Virus record (IMG/VR): IMGVR_UViG_3300048907_000144
Strand: one strand, 5' to 3'
Source of the DNA: a virus
DNA length: 64,000 bases
In this document: one piece after another, positions 1 through 7,948 of the stretch
How positions within the stretch are numbered: position 1 is the stretch's first letter
Layout of the letters: the number at the start of each line of letters is the position of its first letter
The notes under the pieces: generated by a model
The model's input: only the letters and a program-made list of their open reading frames with translations
What the model was told of the DNA's origin: nothing
The model's database searches: none
Program-made: the position numbers and the translations under genes

Positions 1-195
1 GTGGACGCCGTTACACGCTTTACGACCCAAACGACGACGCTGCTAACGTTCATCGACCGTACGACGGAAAGCTGTCAGGTCGCCATCGACAGCATAAACG
101 TCTTTGCAGGTGCGGTTACGCCCCCGCCGGAGGACAAAGAGTCGCCGCCTCAGTTGCCGCGTATGCCCGGACGCATGCCAGGAGCGCCGCGATGA
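1..195 (+). CDS. hypothetical protein, probably 5'-truncated by window edge
   Basis: ORF from base 1; stop overlaps ATG of next gene (ATGA at 192-195). Confidence 0.45.
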   Translation: MDAVTRFTTQTTTLLTFIDRTTESCQVAIDSINVFAGAVTPPPEDKESPPQLPRMPGRMPGAPR

Positions 196-566
196 CCCGC
201 ACCATCTTCAAGGACGTGGCAGTGTCGCTGCTGGTGTCAGCTGCCCTCGCGATCGCCATCGCTCTGATGTGGTACGCAATGGTCACACGAGCCCACGCGG
301 ACGGCTTGCTTGTGCCGCCTCCGCCGCCTCCCGCATATGGCTACGGCCCGCCGCCGCCGCCGCTCTACAGCTTGCCAACGCCGGGCTTCCAGGGCCCGCC
401 GTCGCAGAGCTGCATCGAGACTGCGATCCAGCTCGCGTACCAGACGGGAAGCCGTCAGGTCGGCAACGCTGCGGCAGAGGCGTGCCGGTACTTTGCGCCG
501 GTCAACTTTCCCTATGCGAGGAATCGCTACTACGGGCCGCCGCTCGGATGGCAGCCGCCGAGGTAA
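192..566 (+). CDS. exported proline-rich hypothetical protein
   Basis: Hydrophobic N-terminus ending TRAHA (signal peptidase-like site), then poly-Pro tracts and a Cys pair. Confidence 0.7.
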   Translation: MTRTIFKDVAVSLLVSAALAIAIALMWYAMVTRAHADGLLVPPPPPPAYGYGPPPPPLYSLPTPGFQGPPSQSCIETAIQLAYQTGSRQVGNAAAEACRYFAPVNFPYARNRYYGPPLGWQPPR

Positions 567-582
567 ATCCAATAGGGGGAAC

Positions 583-759
583 ATGCGCAGGGAGATCGAC
601 AAGGACTGCATCGACTGCGGCGGCACAGGACTCGTCGTCGTCGCAGTCGAGAAAATGGTGTTGGGGCCTCGCCTCATCATGGGCGGGTGCCATTGCGTGC
701 GATGGATCATCGACGCGCAGGACATCGAGGCAATCATCGAGTTGGGGAGGGAACTATGA
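583..759 (+). CDS. small CxxC-containing hypothetical protein
   Basis: GGGGA RBS, ATG 583; MRREIDKDCIDCGGTG...CHC; stop overlaps next ATG. Confidence 0.6.
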   Translation: MRREIDKDCIDCGGTGLVVVAVEKMVLGPRLIMGGCHCVRWIIDAQDIEAIIELGREL

Positions 760-959
760 TCACGAACAAGTACCAGGGCATCTGTTTCGTCAACAGCGAG
801 GGCTGGAAGAACATGGAGGCCTACGACGAGCTGGAGCCCCACCTGCGCCACAGGCTGGCCAACTCACCGTTCAACCTGTGCCCTGCATGCGTCGGTATGT
901 ACGGCCATGAATCAATCTCTGAGATGGAAAATTACGTTCGGCGGGAGGGGCTGACGTGA
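756..959 (+). CDS. hypothetical protein
   Basis: MITNKYQG...; ATGA overlap upstream and GTGA overlap downstream. Confidence 0.6.
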   Translation: MITNKYQGICFVNSEGWKNMEAYDELEPHLRHRLANSPFNLCPACVGMYGHESISEMENYVRREGLT

Positions 960-1159
960 TCAAGCGCGGCTACAACATGCGGGCCGCGATCCTGCAGCCC
1001 ATGGCGCACAAGGAACGGCTGGCGGTTGCCGAGAAGATCGTGCGCGAGGTGCTTTCCGAGCACGCGACGCCGGGCCGGGTGCTGGACGACGAGATCGTCA
1101 AGACAGTCACAGAACTCACAGTGGCCGCCATCGAGGCCAGCGTCCGGGGAAAGTCATGA
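956..1159 (+). CDS. hypothetical protein
   Basis: ORF track; coupled overlaps. Confidence 0.6.
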   Translation: MIKRGYNMRAAILQPMAHKERLAVAEKIVREVLSEHATPGRVLDDEIVKTVTELTVAAIEASVRGKS

Positions 1160-1383
1160 GCATGACCGACCAGCTCCGGCGCCAGCTTAACACGGCGATC
1201 ATCAACTACTGCCACCAGCGTCCGTTCGTCGACCAGAAGATCATGTTCCGGCTGTGTGCGCAGGCCACGGCCGAAGTGTTGGCCGATCTGATCACGAGTG
1301 CGTCGAGCAATCCGGGAACGCAGAAGGAACTTGTTCGGACAATGGTTCACCACATGGCGGCGCGCATGGAGAATCGGCGATGA
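1156..1383 (+). CDS. hypothetical protein
   Basis: ORF track; coupled overlaps. Confidence 0.6.
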   Translation: MSMTDQLRRQLNTAIINYCHQRPFVDQKIMFRLCAQATAEVLADLITSASSNPGTQKELVRTMVHHMAARMENRR

Positions 1384-1670
1384 GCGAGGACGACTACCAG
1401 GGCGAGTTCAGCGTGTGCCAGTTCTTTGACAACGGCGAATACGAGTACGTGCGGCGTTGGGTCGGGCCAGAGGAAGCAGTAAAGGCGTTCGCGCACTACA
1501 CGACTAGCCTCGCCGTCAAGATGGGCAAGGTCGAGCGTGTGATTATCACAGACGGAGGTGACTTCACCAACCTCGAATGGCAGGCCGGTAAGGGCTTCAC
1601 CTACGATGGCGTGACCTATCAGCCGTCGCCGCACTCGTCACTGCACCCGCACGTCAAGGAGGATGAATGA
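1380..1670 (+). CDS. conserved-looking phage hypothetical protein
   Basis: MSEDDYQGEFSVCQFFDNGEYEYVRRWV...RVIITDGGDFTNLEW; ATGA overlap. Confidence 0.65.
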   Translation: MSEDDYQGEFSVCQFFDNGEYEYVRRWVGPEEAVKAFAHYTTSLAVKMGKVERVIITDGGDFTNLEWQAGKGFTYDGVTYQPSPHSSLHPHVKEDE

Positions 1671-2014
1671 ACTTCAAGGGAAGCCGGCAAGGGAGGAACC
1701 GAATGAACGCCGACAAATCTCCGTTGGATTCAGGCGACTGGACCACGGCCATGAAGGTGCTGGGCCTTAGCGCGGCTGCGATCCTGCTCGCAGCCTTGTT
1801 CATGCTGGCGATGGCATACCGCGCGCACGGGCAGACGTTCCGGGACGCGAGTGGGCGCGAGATCGGCACCGCCACGCGCAGCTCGAATGGCACGACGACA
1901 TTCCGAGACTCGAGCGGCAGGCTGACCGGGACCGCCACGACCAACGGCAACGGTACGACCACGTTCCGGGACGGCTCCGGCCGCATGACCGGCACGGCGG
2001 AGCGGCGGCGATGA
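1667..2014 (+). CDS. exported protein with three TFRDxSGRxxGTA repeats
   Basis: Signal-like helix ending RAHG, then QTFRDASGREIGTAT / TTFRDSSGRLTGTAT / TTFRDGSGRMTGTAE. Confidence 0.75.
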   Translation: MNFKGSRQGRNRMNADKSPLDSGDWTTAMKVLGLSAAAILLAALFMLAMAYRAHGQTFRDASGREIGTATRSSNGTTTFRDSSGRLTGTATTNGNGTTTFRDGSGRMTGTAERRR

Positions 2015-2253
2015 AGCAAAAAGAAGATCGCGTAATCACCGCAATAAAGGACATGGTTTTCAACCACGCCCTCGATGGATTTGAAGTCATAAAAACCGCA
2101 GATGAGTGGACTTATAGATGCCTGCATTGCGGCAAGCGCTTTATTTTCCCAGTCACAGAACCTTCTAAGAAACTGAAGAATAAGTACGTGACCGTGACCT
2201 TCCCAGAGATGATTGAGCACGCGAAGTCGCACCAAGCGGAGCGGCGACGGTGA
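2011..2253 (+). CDS. small CxxC zinc-finger-like protein
   Basis: YRCLHCGKRF...HAKSH; locally AT-richer; overlapping starts/stops. Confidence 0.6.
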   Translation: MKQKEDRVITAIKDMVFNHALDGFEVIKTADEWTYRCLHCGKRFIFPVTEPSKKLKNKYVTVTFPEMIEHAKSHQAERRR

Positions 2254-2519
2254 CAACCGGCCCTCGCATCCTCGTGTGCCAAAGGGTGGCCGATCTGCCT
2301 GACCCTCAGCTCCTCTCGCGCCGCGCCCGCTGCAAGCGCTGCGACGCTCAGGTGTGGGTGGCGCGGTCCTCGCCCGCCGCTGACCTGATCTTCTGCATGC
2401 CGTGTGCGATGGATGAAATGAAGCTGCAGAAGGAATCGGGGGAGGAGATCGAGGTCAAGCTCCCGACTGCCAAGCAGCGCAACGACCTCGCACGATGGCG
2501 ACGGAGGAGGGGCCAATGA
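2250..2519 (+). CDS. hypothetical protein with two CxxC motifs
   Basis: CKRC and CMPC; GTGA overlap. Confidence 0.6.
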   Translation: MTTGPRILVCQRVADLPDPQLLSRRARCKRCDAQVWVARSSPAADLIFCMPCAMDEMKLQKESGEEIEVKLPTAKQRNDLARWRRRRGQ

Positions 2520-2755
2520 TCAGCGACACCGAACGGCGCGACGTGATCGAGACGATGACGAAGGCACGCGACATGCTTCTTGAGTTGATCGAGCAGCGCG
2601 ACAAGGCCGAGGCGCGCTTCCAGTCATTGCTGAACATCGGGCCCGTCATCACAGAGCGCGAGCGCTGCATCACGTTGCTGCAAGTCTATGGCGTCCTGCA
2701 AAACATGCCGTTGCTCGACATCATCGAGAAAATAAGGAACGGAGAACAGGTTTAG
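2516..2755 (+). CDS. hypothetical protein
   Basis: ATG 2516 overlaps previous stop; MISDTERRDV...TERERC. Confidence 0.6.
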   Translation: MISDTERRDVIETMTKARDMLLELIEQRDKAEARFQSLLNIGPVITERERCITLLQVYGVLQNMPLLDIIEKIRNGEQV

Positions 2756-2821
2756 GTTTCCTCCGGAGAGGGGGAAAAGGGAGCGAACCCACTTCCGGGC
2801 TCGCAAGCACAGGAGCACTAG

Positions 2822-3163
2822 ATGTCTCTACCGTCACTTTTCAACTTCCCATCGCAGCAAACCATTAACACGAACGTCAGCCTGTTCGACAGCGTAGGCG
2901 TCCTGTCTTCCAACCATGACTTCATCAACATTACGAACAACCCGCACTTGTTTGCGTCCATCTCCGCACACGACGACGCGCACTCTGGATTGTTCAGCGG
3001 CCTGTTCGGAGGTGGCGGACAAACGGTCAATACGAACGTGAACGTAGTCGACGTCATCATCATCAGCCACTCGAATAACAACATCATCAACATCCACAAC
3101 GACCCGAGCGTCGTGGTGGTCGTTGGCGCCAGTCTCGGTAACAACGACGTGCATTACGCCTGA
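2822..3163 (+). CDS. Asn/Ile/Val-rich beta-prone protein with two imperfect repeats
   Basis: AGGAG RBS; QTINTNV...NHDFINITNNP and QTVNTNV...NNNIINIHNDP. Confidence 0.7.
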   Translation: MSLPSLFNFPSQQTINTNVSLFDSVGVLSSNHDFINITNNPHLFASISAHDDAHSGLFSGLFGGGGQTVNTNVNVVDVIIISHSNNNIINIHNDPSVVVVVGASLGNNDVHYA

Positions 3164-3215
3164 CCAAAAACGACGAGAGCCCTCGGCGCAAGCCGGGGGC
3201 TCAGGAGCGGCAAAC

Positions 3216-3716
3216 ATGCTGGTGATCGGTCCTGACGGCGGCGCGCTGATCCCGAGGATGTTCTGTGGAGGAAAGACGATGGACACAGAGGAGCGCAGAG
3301 CCTGGAAACTACTGTTCGAGAAGGTGAACGCGATGAATGACGATCCGTTGAAGCGCACGCCAGCATGCGAGCTTGACCGCGACAATAAGGTGAACGCGAT
3401 GGACGACACGCAACGCCGAGCTGCAGTGGTTCGCTGCAAGAAAACCGGCGAGGACATCGCCGTGAAGCTCGATGGCGGTCAGTGCGCGTGCATGACCGCA
3501 GAGGCGTGCTGCCTGCAGGAAGCTGTGTTGGACCGCATCTCTCGCACCACCAGCGCCTTGATGGACGCTGCGAAAGCCGAGCGCGAGCGGTGGGCAGCAT
3601 CACTTGAACGACAGGCAGAAGAAGTTTTGCACCCGCGTCACCGGGGAGTGTGGGGACGTGATTCGGTTTCTGACTTGCTGAAGCAACAGGCCGCCGCCAT
3701 CAGGAAGGGCGAGTGA
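3216..3716 (+). CDS. hypothetical protein (AERERW motif)
   Basis: AGGAG RBS upstream of ATG 3216; start uncertain (3278 also possible). Confidence 0.55.
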   Translation: MLVIGPDGGALIPRMFCGGKTMDTEERRAWKLLFEKVNAMNDDPLKRTPACELDRDNKVNAMDDTQRRAAVVRCKKTGEDIAVKLDGGQCACMTAEACCLQEAVLDRISRTTSALMDAAKAERERWAASLERQAEEVLHPRHRGVWGRDSVSDLLKQQAAAIRKGE

Positions 3717-3892
3717 TGACAATCGCGGTAGACGAACAGAAGCTCATCACTACGATGGAAGAGTTGGCCGCGAAGGTCCGTGCCGCCGAGCGCGAGCGGT
3801 GTGCAAACATTGCTAAAACACTCAGCAAGATCGACCCTCACGGTCCTCGCATCGCGCTTGAAATAGCCGCTCAAATCGAGAGGGGCGAGTGA
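3713..3892 (+). CDS. hypothetical protein (AAERERCANIA motif)
   Basis: Translated by hand (59 aa, below track cutoff); GTGA overlaps on both ends. Confidence 0.6.
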   Translation: MMTIAVDEQKLITTMEELAAKVRAAERERCANIAKTLSKIDPHGPRIALEIAAQIERGE

Positions 3893-4545
3893 TGACTAAC
3901 GAGACACAGAAAGTCTGCGAGCACTGCGGTGGCATCACATACGGGGATGAAGTCGAAGACGAGTTTCACGACAGCGACTGCCCTCACCGCTGTGATGCTG
4001 CCATCGCCGCCGAGCGCGAGGAATGCGCCAAGATCGCCGACGAGCAGCGCGAGCTGTGGAGCGACCCGAGCAGCAGCCATGGCGGCTCCGCGGCCTCGGC
4101 CACGATCGCCCGCTTGATCCGCGAGCGCGGCAAAAAGACCCCCGAGCGCGGCGGGGATGTTGTTGATGACGCCGGTCCAGGGGGCGGCCGCCCGTCGCAG
4201 CCCCCACCAGATGCGTTCCGCGTACCTGAGAACACCTGCCTGAGCTGCGGCGAGAAGCTTGACTCTGCCGCCAGGATCGAGGGCGACGCTGAAAAGCCCG
4301 AGCCCGGCAACTGCACGATCTGCATGCACTGCGGACACCTGATGGCGTTCGCGGACGACATGACGCTGCGCGAGCTGAATGACCAGGAGGCGTACGATCT
4401 GGCCGGCGACCCGACAATCCTGCGCTTCCAACACGTGCGGGGTATGGTCATGGCAGAGAAGCAGGAGGCCGAACCATGGTCGCAGCCAGCAAGTCAACCA
4501 GACGACTCGGAGCCGCCCTCGCGGGAACCCCCGAAGAACGACTGA
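3889..4545 (+). CDS. multi-CxxC hypothetical protein (AAEREECAKIA motif)
   Basis: CEHC, CLSC, CTICMHC motifs. Confidence 0.65.
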   Translation: MMTNETQKVCEHCGGITYGDEVEDEFHDSDCPHRCDAAIAAEREECAKIADEQRELWSDPSSSHGGSAASATIARLIRERGKKTPERGGDVVDDAGPGGGRPSQPPPDAFRVPENTCLSCGEKLDSAARIEGDAEKPEPGNCTICMHCGHLMAFADDMTLRELNDQEAYDLAGDPTILRFQHVRGMVMAEKQEAEPWSQPASQPDDSEPPSREPPKND

Positions 4546-4724
4546 AGGTCGTGCTCAACCAAGCGCTGGACGAGGCGCTGCGCATCTATGTCGTCAACCT
4601 GTTCAGCGTGTGGATGAAGGACCCGTCCGGCCAGCCTGACCGGGCGCGGACCGGCGTCACGAAGGCAGTCCAAGTGTGGGTGGAGTGCCGCAAGGCCATA
4701 GACGGTTGGGAGGTGCCGACGTGA
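4476..4724 (+). CDS. hypothetical protein
   Basis: ORF track; start uncertain. Confidence 0.5.
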   Translation: MVAASKSTRRLGAALAGTPEERLKVVLNQALDEALRIYVVNLFSVWMKDPSGQPDRARTGVTKAVQVWVECRKAIDGWEVPT

Positions 4725-4748
4725 ACCGTCAGCAAGGGAGGAAGGGCA

Positions 4749-4925
4749 ATGAAGGTCGAGGAGAAACTGAAGCTAGTTGAGAGCGCTCTCGTGAAGCTCA
4801 AACACGAATACTGGTATGAGGGCGTCAACTTCACTCTGGAGGAACGAGAGGTCGTGATCGGAGCGCTGGACGTCGCCCACGAAATCGTCAGCCAGATCGT
4901 GGCGGCGAAGAGGCTGGCAACATGA
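4749..4925 (+). CDS. hypothetical protein
   Basis: GGAGG RBS; MKVEEKLKLVESAL...; stop overlaps next ATG. Confidence 0.6.
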   Translation: MKVEEKLKLVESALVKLKHEYWYEGVNFTLEEREVVIGALDVAHEIVSQIVAAKRLAT

Positions 4926-5209
4926 GCTGGAAAGTCTGGAGGCCGACTCCCATGGGCCGGCTGATCGAGTGGGGAAAGTGGATGGTAGACGGACCGCGGT
5001 CGGAGATCGCGCGCGCGCAGGAGCACTACAATCGCAACAGGACGACAATGACCCGCGACGAATACGTCGCCGAGCTTCGGCGTGTGCAGAGCGCGTACGA
5101 GCGCAACCGCCGCATCCAGATCATCTGTGCAATCGTCGTGCTGACTGGTGCGGTAATCCTGCTGTGCTCGCTGCTCGCCGGCTGTCAGGTGCCGCTGAAA
5201 AATGAATAG
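4922..5209 (+). CDS. hypothetical membrane protein
   Basis: C-terminal hydrophobic helix ending LLAGC. Confidence 0.55.
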   Translation: MSWKVWRPTPMGRLIEWGKWMVDGPRSEIARAQEHYNRNRTTMTRDEYVAELRRVQSAYERNRRIQIICAIVVLTGAVILLCSLLAGCQVPLKNE

Positions 5210-5603
5210 GAGGAGGTTGGCAATGATGAAATGGCTCTACAACCACCCAAGGCTCCATGTCATCCTAATCGCATTCAACGTTGCTCTCGGAGCGGTCAAT
5301 GTTGCATCGGCCGTTGCGTTTCCAGGGTATTTCAGTTGGACGAATTGGCTCGTTGCAGGCTTCTGCCTTGGAACCGCTTCGTGCCTGCCGACGATTCACA
5401 AACTGAAACAACTGGCCGAAGACCAGACCAACAGCCTCATTGCGTCAAACGCCGCGATGGAAGCGATGTCGCCCGCCAACATGCGGACAATGCTCCAGGG
5501 CGCGCTCCTGTCCGTCATCGAACAAATGAAGAAGGAGGGAACGTTGCCTCCTGAAATACAGATCACCCTGGCCGACGACGAGCTGCCGAAGTCCTACCAC
5601 TAG
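5202..5603 (+). CDS. two-TM membrane protein
   Basis: Two hydrophobic segments followed by a coiled/soluble tail. Confidence 0.65.
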   Translation: MNRRRLAMMKWLYNHPRLHVILIAFNVALGAVNVASAVAFPGYFSWTNWLVAGFCLGTASCLPTIHKLKQLAEDQTNSLIASNAAMEAMSPANMRTMLQGALLSVIEQMKKEGTLPPEIQITLADDELPKSYH

Positions 5604-5612
5604 GAGAGCGAA

Positions 5613-5864
5613 ATGCCTCAACTGAAGTTTCGCGACGGCTTCGACATGCGACTGGTGGCGTGGAGCGCGCCGAACAGCCCGCCGCCAAGCATTTGCTCCT
5701 ATTGCTACGGCGGACTGCCGGACACGCCGCTGGCGCTGTTCCGCGAGAACGGCGCAAGCGCCGCGTTCTGCGACACTTGCGTCGAGAAGTGGATCACGTC
5801 CGAAATGTCGGAGGCTTCGCTGGTTCGATTCCCCTCACGCTCGGGTCGGAAGCGGCGGCCTTGA
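5613..5864 (+). CDS. small CxxC protein; last gene of + strand block
   Basis: GGAGAG RBS; CSYC and CDTC. Confidence 0.6.
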   Translation: MPQLKFRDGFDMRLVAWSAPNSPPPSICSYCYGGLPDTPLALFRENGASAAFCDTCVEKWITSEMSEASLVRFPSRSGRKRRP

Positions 5865-6105
5865 GATCTTCCGGCGAGCTGGTGCTGGTCTGGACCGTGA
5901 CAGCGCCGCGGTCGACCAGCTCTTGCGCCATCTTCACCGGGCGGCCGCGCCACCACTGCCAAGCGCCGGCCAGCAACATGATCGCCCCACCGGCAATAAG
6001 ACCAGCGGTGTTGTCGTCCATGCCATAGCCGACGAGCGCAGCGGTCGCGAGCGGCAGAAACGCGGCAAGCGGGCCACTGATCTGCGCGTTGTTGGCGGGG
6101 TTCAT
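5794..6105 (-). CDS. putative holin (two TM helices)
   Basis: MNPANN...two hydrophobic helices, WQWWR and basic tail; last gene of the lysis block. Confidence 0.55.
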   Translation of the reverse strand: MNPANNAQISGPLAAFLPLATAALVGYGMDDNTAGLIAGGAIMLLAGAWQWWRGRPVKMAQELVDRGAVTVQTSTSSPEDLKAAASDPSVRGIEPAKPPTFRT

Positions 6106-6452
6106 GCTCCACCCGCCCCCTGGGTTCGGTGCTCCCCCAGGAGCTTCGCCCATGTCTTCTGACCGAGCAGGCCATCCGCTTCCAGCATCCGCGAGTTCTG
6201 GTACTGGGTCACTGCCGCTCGCGTCAGCGCTCCCGGCTTCCCGTCGATTGGACCCGGATCGAAGCCAAGGTCCTTCAACATTTGCTGCGCCTTGGCAATG
6301 TCGATCACTTCCACCGCCTCGTCCTGTTGCAGCGGCGGAAGGGAGCCGATGATGTCGATCACCTCCTTGATCGGAAGCTCCACCGCTGGCTTGCCGCGTC
6401 CCAACATCGACAACAGCAGCGGCAGCAATGTCGTCAGACTGAGGCCCATCAT
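6102..6452 (-). CDS. peptidoglycan-binding (PG_binding_1-like) protein with hydrophobic N-terminus
   Basis: AQQMLKDLGFDPGPIDGKPGALTRAAVTQYQ...LEADGLLGQKTWAKL. Confidence 0.85.
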   Translation of the reverse strand: MMGLSLTTLLPLLLSMLGRGKPAVELPIKEVIDIIGSLPPLQQDEAVEVIDIAKAQQMLKDLGFDPGPIDGKPGALTRAAVTQYQNSRMLEADGLLGQKTWAKLLGEHRTQGAGGA

Positions 6453-7840
6453 GCGACTTCTCCTTGATCTGCTTCGCTGTGAAACTTACCGGCCGCGGCG
6501 AGAGCATTGTCCCACCGATTGACCAACCCCTTCCAGAACTGCGACGACTCATTGCGTCCTACTACCACGCGCTCGTAGTTTTCGCGCGCGACCCGCAAGC
6601 GCGACAGCAGCTGGACGGGCGTCATTGCTTCTACGGCAGCTCGCGTGATTGGTCCCCACTTTCCGTCGTCCTTGACCTGAACGGCACGCTGGAGAATCCG
6701 CATCGCCCCGGTCGGCCCACGATTGAACACGCTGTCTCGCAAGAAAAACTGTACCCCAGGATCGTCGTGCCACTTCGCCGCCGCGTCTGTGTATGTCGCG
6801 ATGATCTCCTGCGCTCGCGCTTCAGCTTCGGCGTGCTTGCCGGCCTTGATCAGCGCGCGCAGCTCAGCCGCTTCGACTGGATGGTATTTTTCATTGATGC
6901 CGGCAACCTCGTAGTCGCCGCCGCCATCTCCAGCAGGCAGATCGTACACGACGAGCCGTCCGCTACCGTCACGCCTTGCCTCGTATTGGAGGATTTGCTC
7001 GGCCATCTCGAGCCGCGTCTCAGGCGGGACTGGCTTCGGGCCGACAGGTGGAGGCGTGATGATGACGGGAGGTGGATCGACGGGCGGCGGATCGACAATG
7101 ACGATCGGCGGCGGATCGATGACGATTGGTCCCTCGTTTGTGGGCGGCTGCGGAGCACCCGGCCAGTCTTTGGGCAACGGGATGCCTCGCACCTTCGCTA
7201 CCTCGGCCAGTGCGTCCCAGGTGGCCTTGCCGACCTTGCCGTCGTTGACCAAGCCCTGCTCGCGCTGGAAGCGCTTGACCGCAGCCTCGGTGGCGGGGCC
7301 GTAGTCGCCGTCTGTCATCACAAGGAGCTGGACCCATTGGACCAGTGCGCCTTCGCTGCCATCTTTGAGGATCGGCAGCACCTGCGGCGGCGGCGCGTTT
7401 GGGTCTACGCCTTGGCCCACGTTGCCGATGTCCCACGGCCTCGCGTCGTCCTCCAGCGCCTTATTGATGCTGACGTGCGTATGTTCGTCATGAGGGTTCG
7501 CGCCGTTGTACGGGTACAGCGTCCACGCCTTGCGGCCGTTGCGCTTGCCGTAGGCTTCGTCTCCAAAAATCTTCCTGTTCGAAATCATGTATTTGATGCG
7601 CGGGTCCTTCACCGCGCGGAAATGGTCGAACAGCTTGTAAGTGTCGAGCCCCAGCTCCGGGTAGTGGGGAATGTCGAGAGCGTGAACGATGCCGCGCGAG
7701 TCTGACTCGTGGTCAGAGCTCGGGTTCTGTTGCGAGTGCGCGTCGGACGCGACCCACCCGAACTCGTTCTTAGGTGCCTTTGGGACCCGCGCCTGTATTT
7801 GCGAGCGGAGTGTGCCCAGCCCTTCGGCGATCCGCGCCAT
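6449..7840 (-). CDS. modular endolysin: M15-like Zn peptidase + PG_binding_1 + Pro linker + GH108-like lysozyme/PG_binding_3
   Basis: SDH...HALD and HDEHTHVS; DGDYGPATEAAVKRFQ...DGKVGKATW; RDSVFNRGPTGAMRILQRAV...WKGLVNRW. Confidence 0.8.
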   Translation of the reverse strand: MARIAEGLGTLRSQIQARVPKAPKNEFGWVASDAHSQQNPSSDHESDSRGIVHALDIPHYPELGLDTYKLFDHFRAVKDPRIKYMISNRKIFGDEAYGKRNGRKAWTLYPYNGANPHDEHTHVSINKALEDDARPWDIGNVGQGVDPNAPPPQVLPILKDGSEGALVQWVQLLVMTDGDYGPATEAAVKRFQREQGLVNDGKVGKATWDALAEVAKVRGIPLPKDWPGAPQPPTNEGPIVIDPPPIVIVDPPPVDPPPVIITPPPVGPKPVPPETRLEMAEQILQYEARRDGSGRLVVYDLPAGDGGGDYEVAGINEKYHPVEAAELRALIKAGKHAEAEARAQEIIATYTDAAAKWHDDPGVQFFLRDSVFNRGPTGAMRILQRAVQVKDDGKWGPITRAAVEAMTPVQLLSRLRVARENYERVVVGRNESSQFWKGLVNRWDNALAAAGKFHSEADQGEVA

Positions 7841-7859
7841 GTGAACTCCTGTCAGAGGG

Positions 7860-7900
7860 AAACCGGGACCCGGCTGCTAGAAAGAAAACCGGGCCCCGGC
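7860..7900. repeat. two 15-bp direct repeats, each with a palindromic core, upstream of the endolysin RBS
   Basis: AAACCGGGACCCGGC (7860-7874) and AAACCGGGCCCCGGC (7886-7900). Confidence 0.7.
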
Positions 7901-7948
7901 CCAAGGGGACGTGCCAGGGCAATGGACCACGCCACCCAAGGCGGTTGA

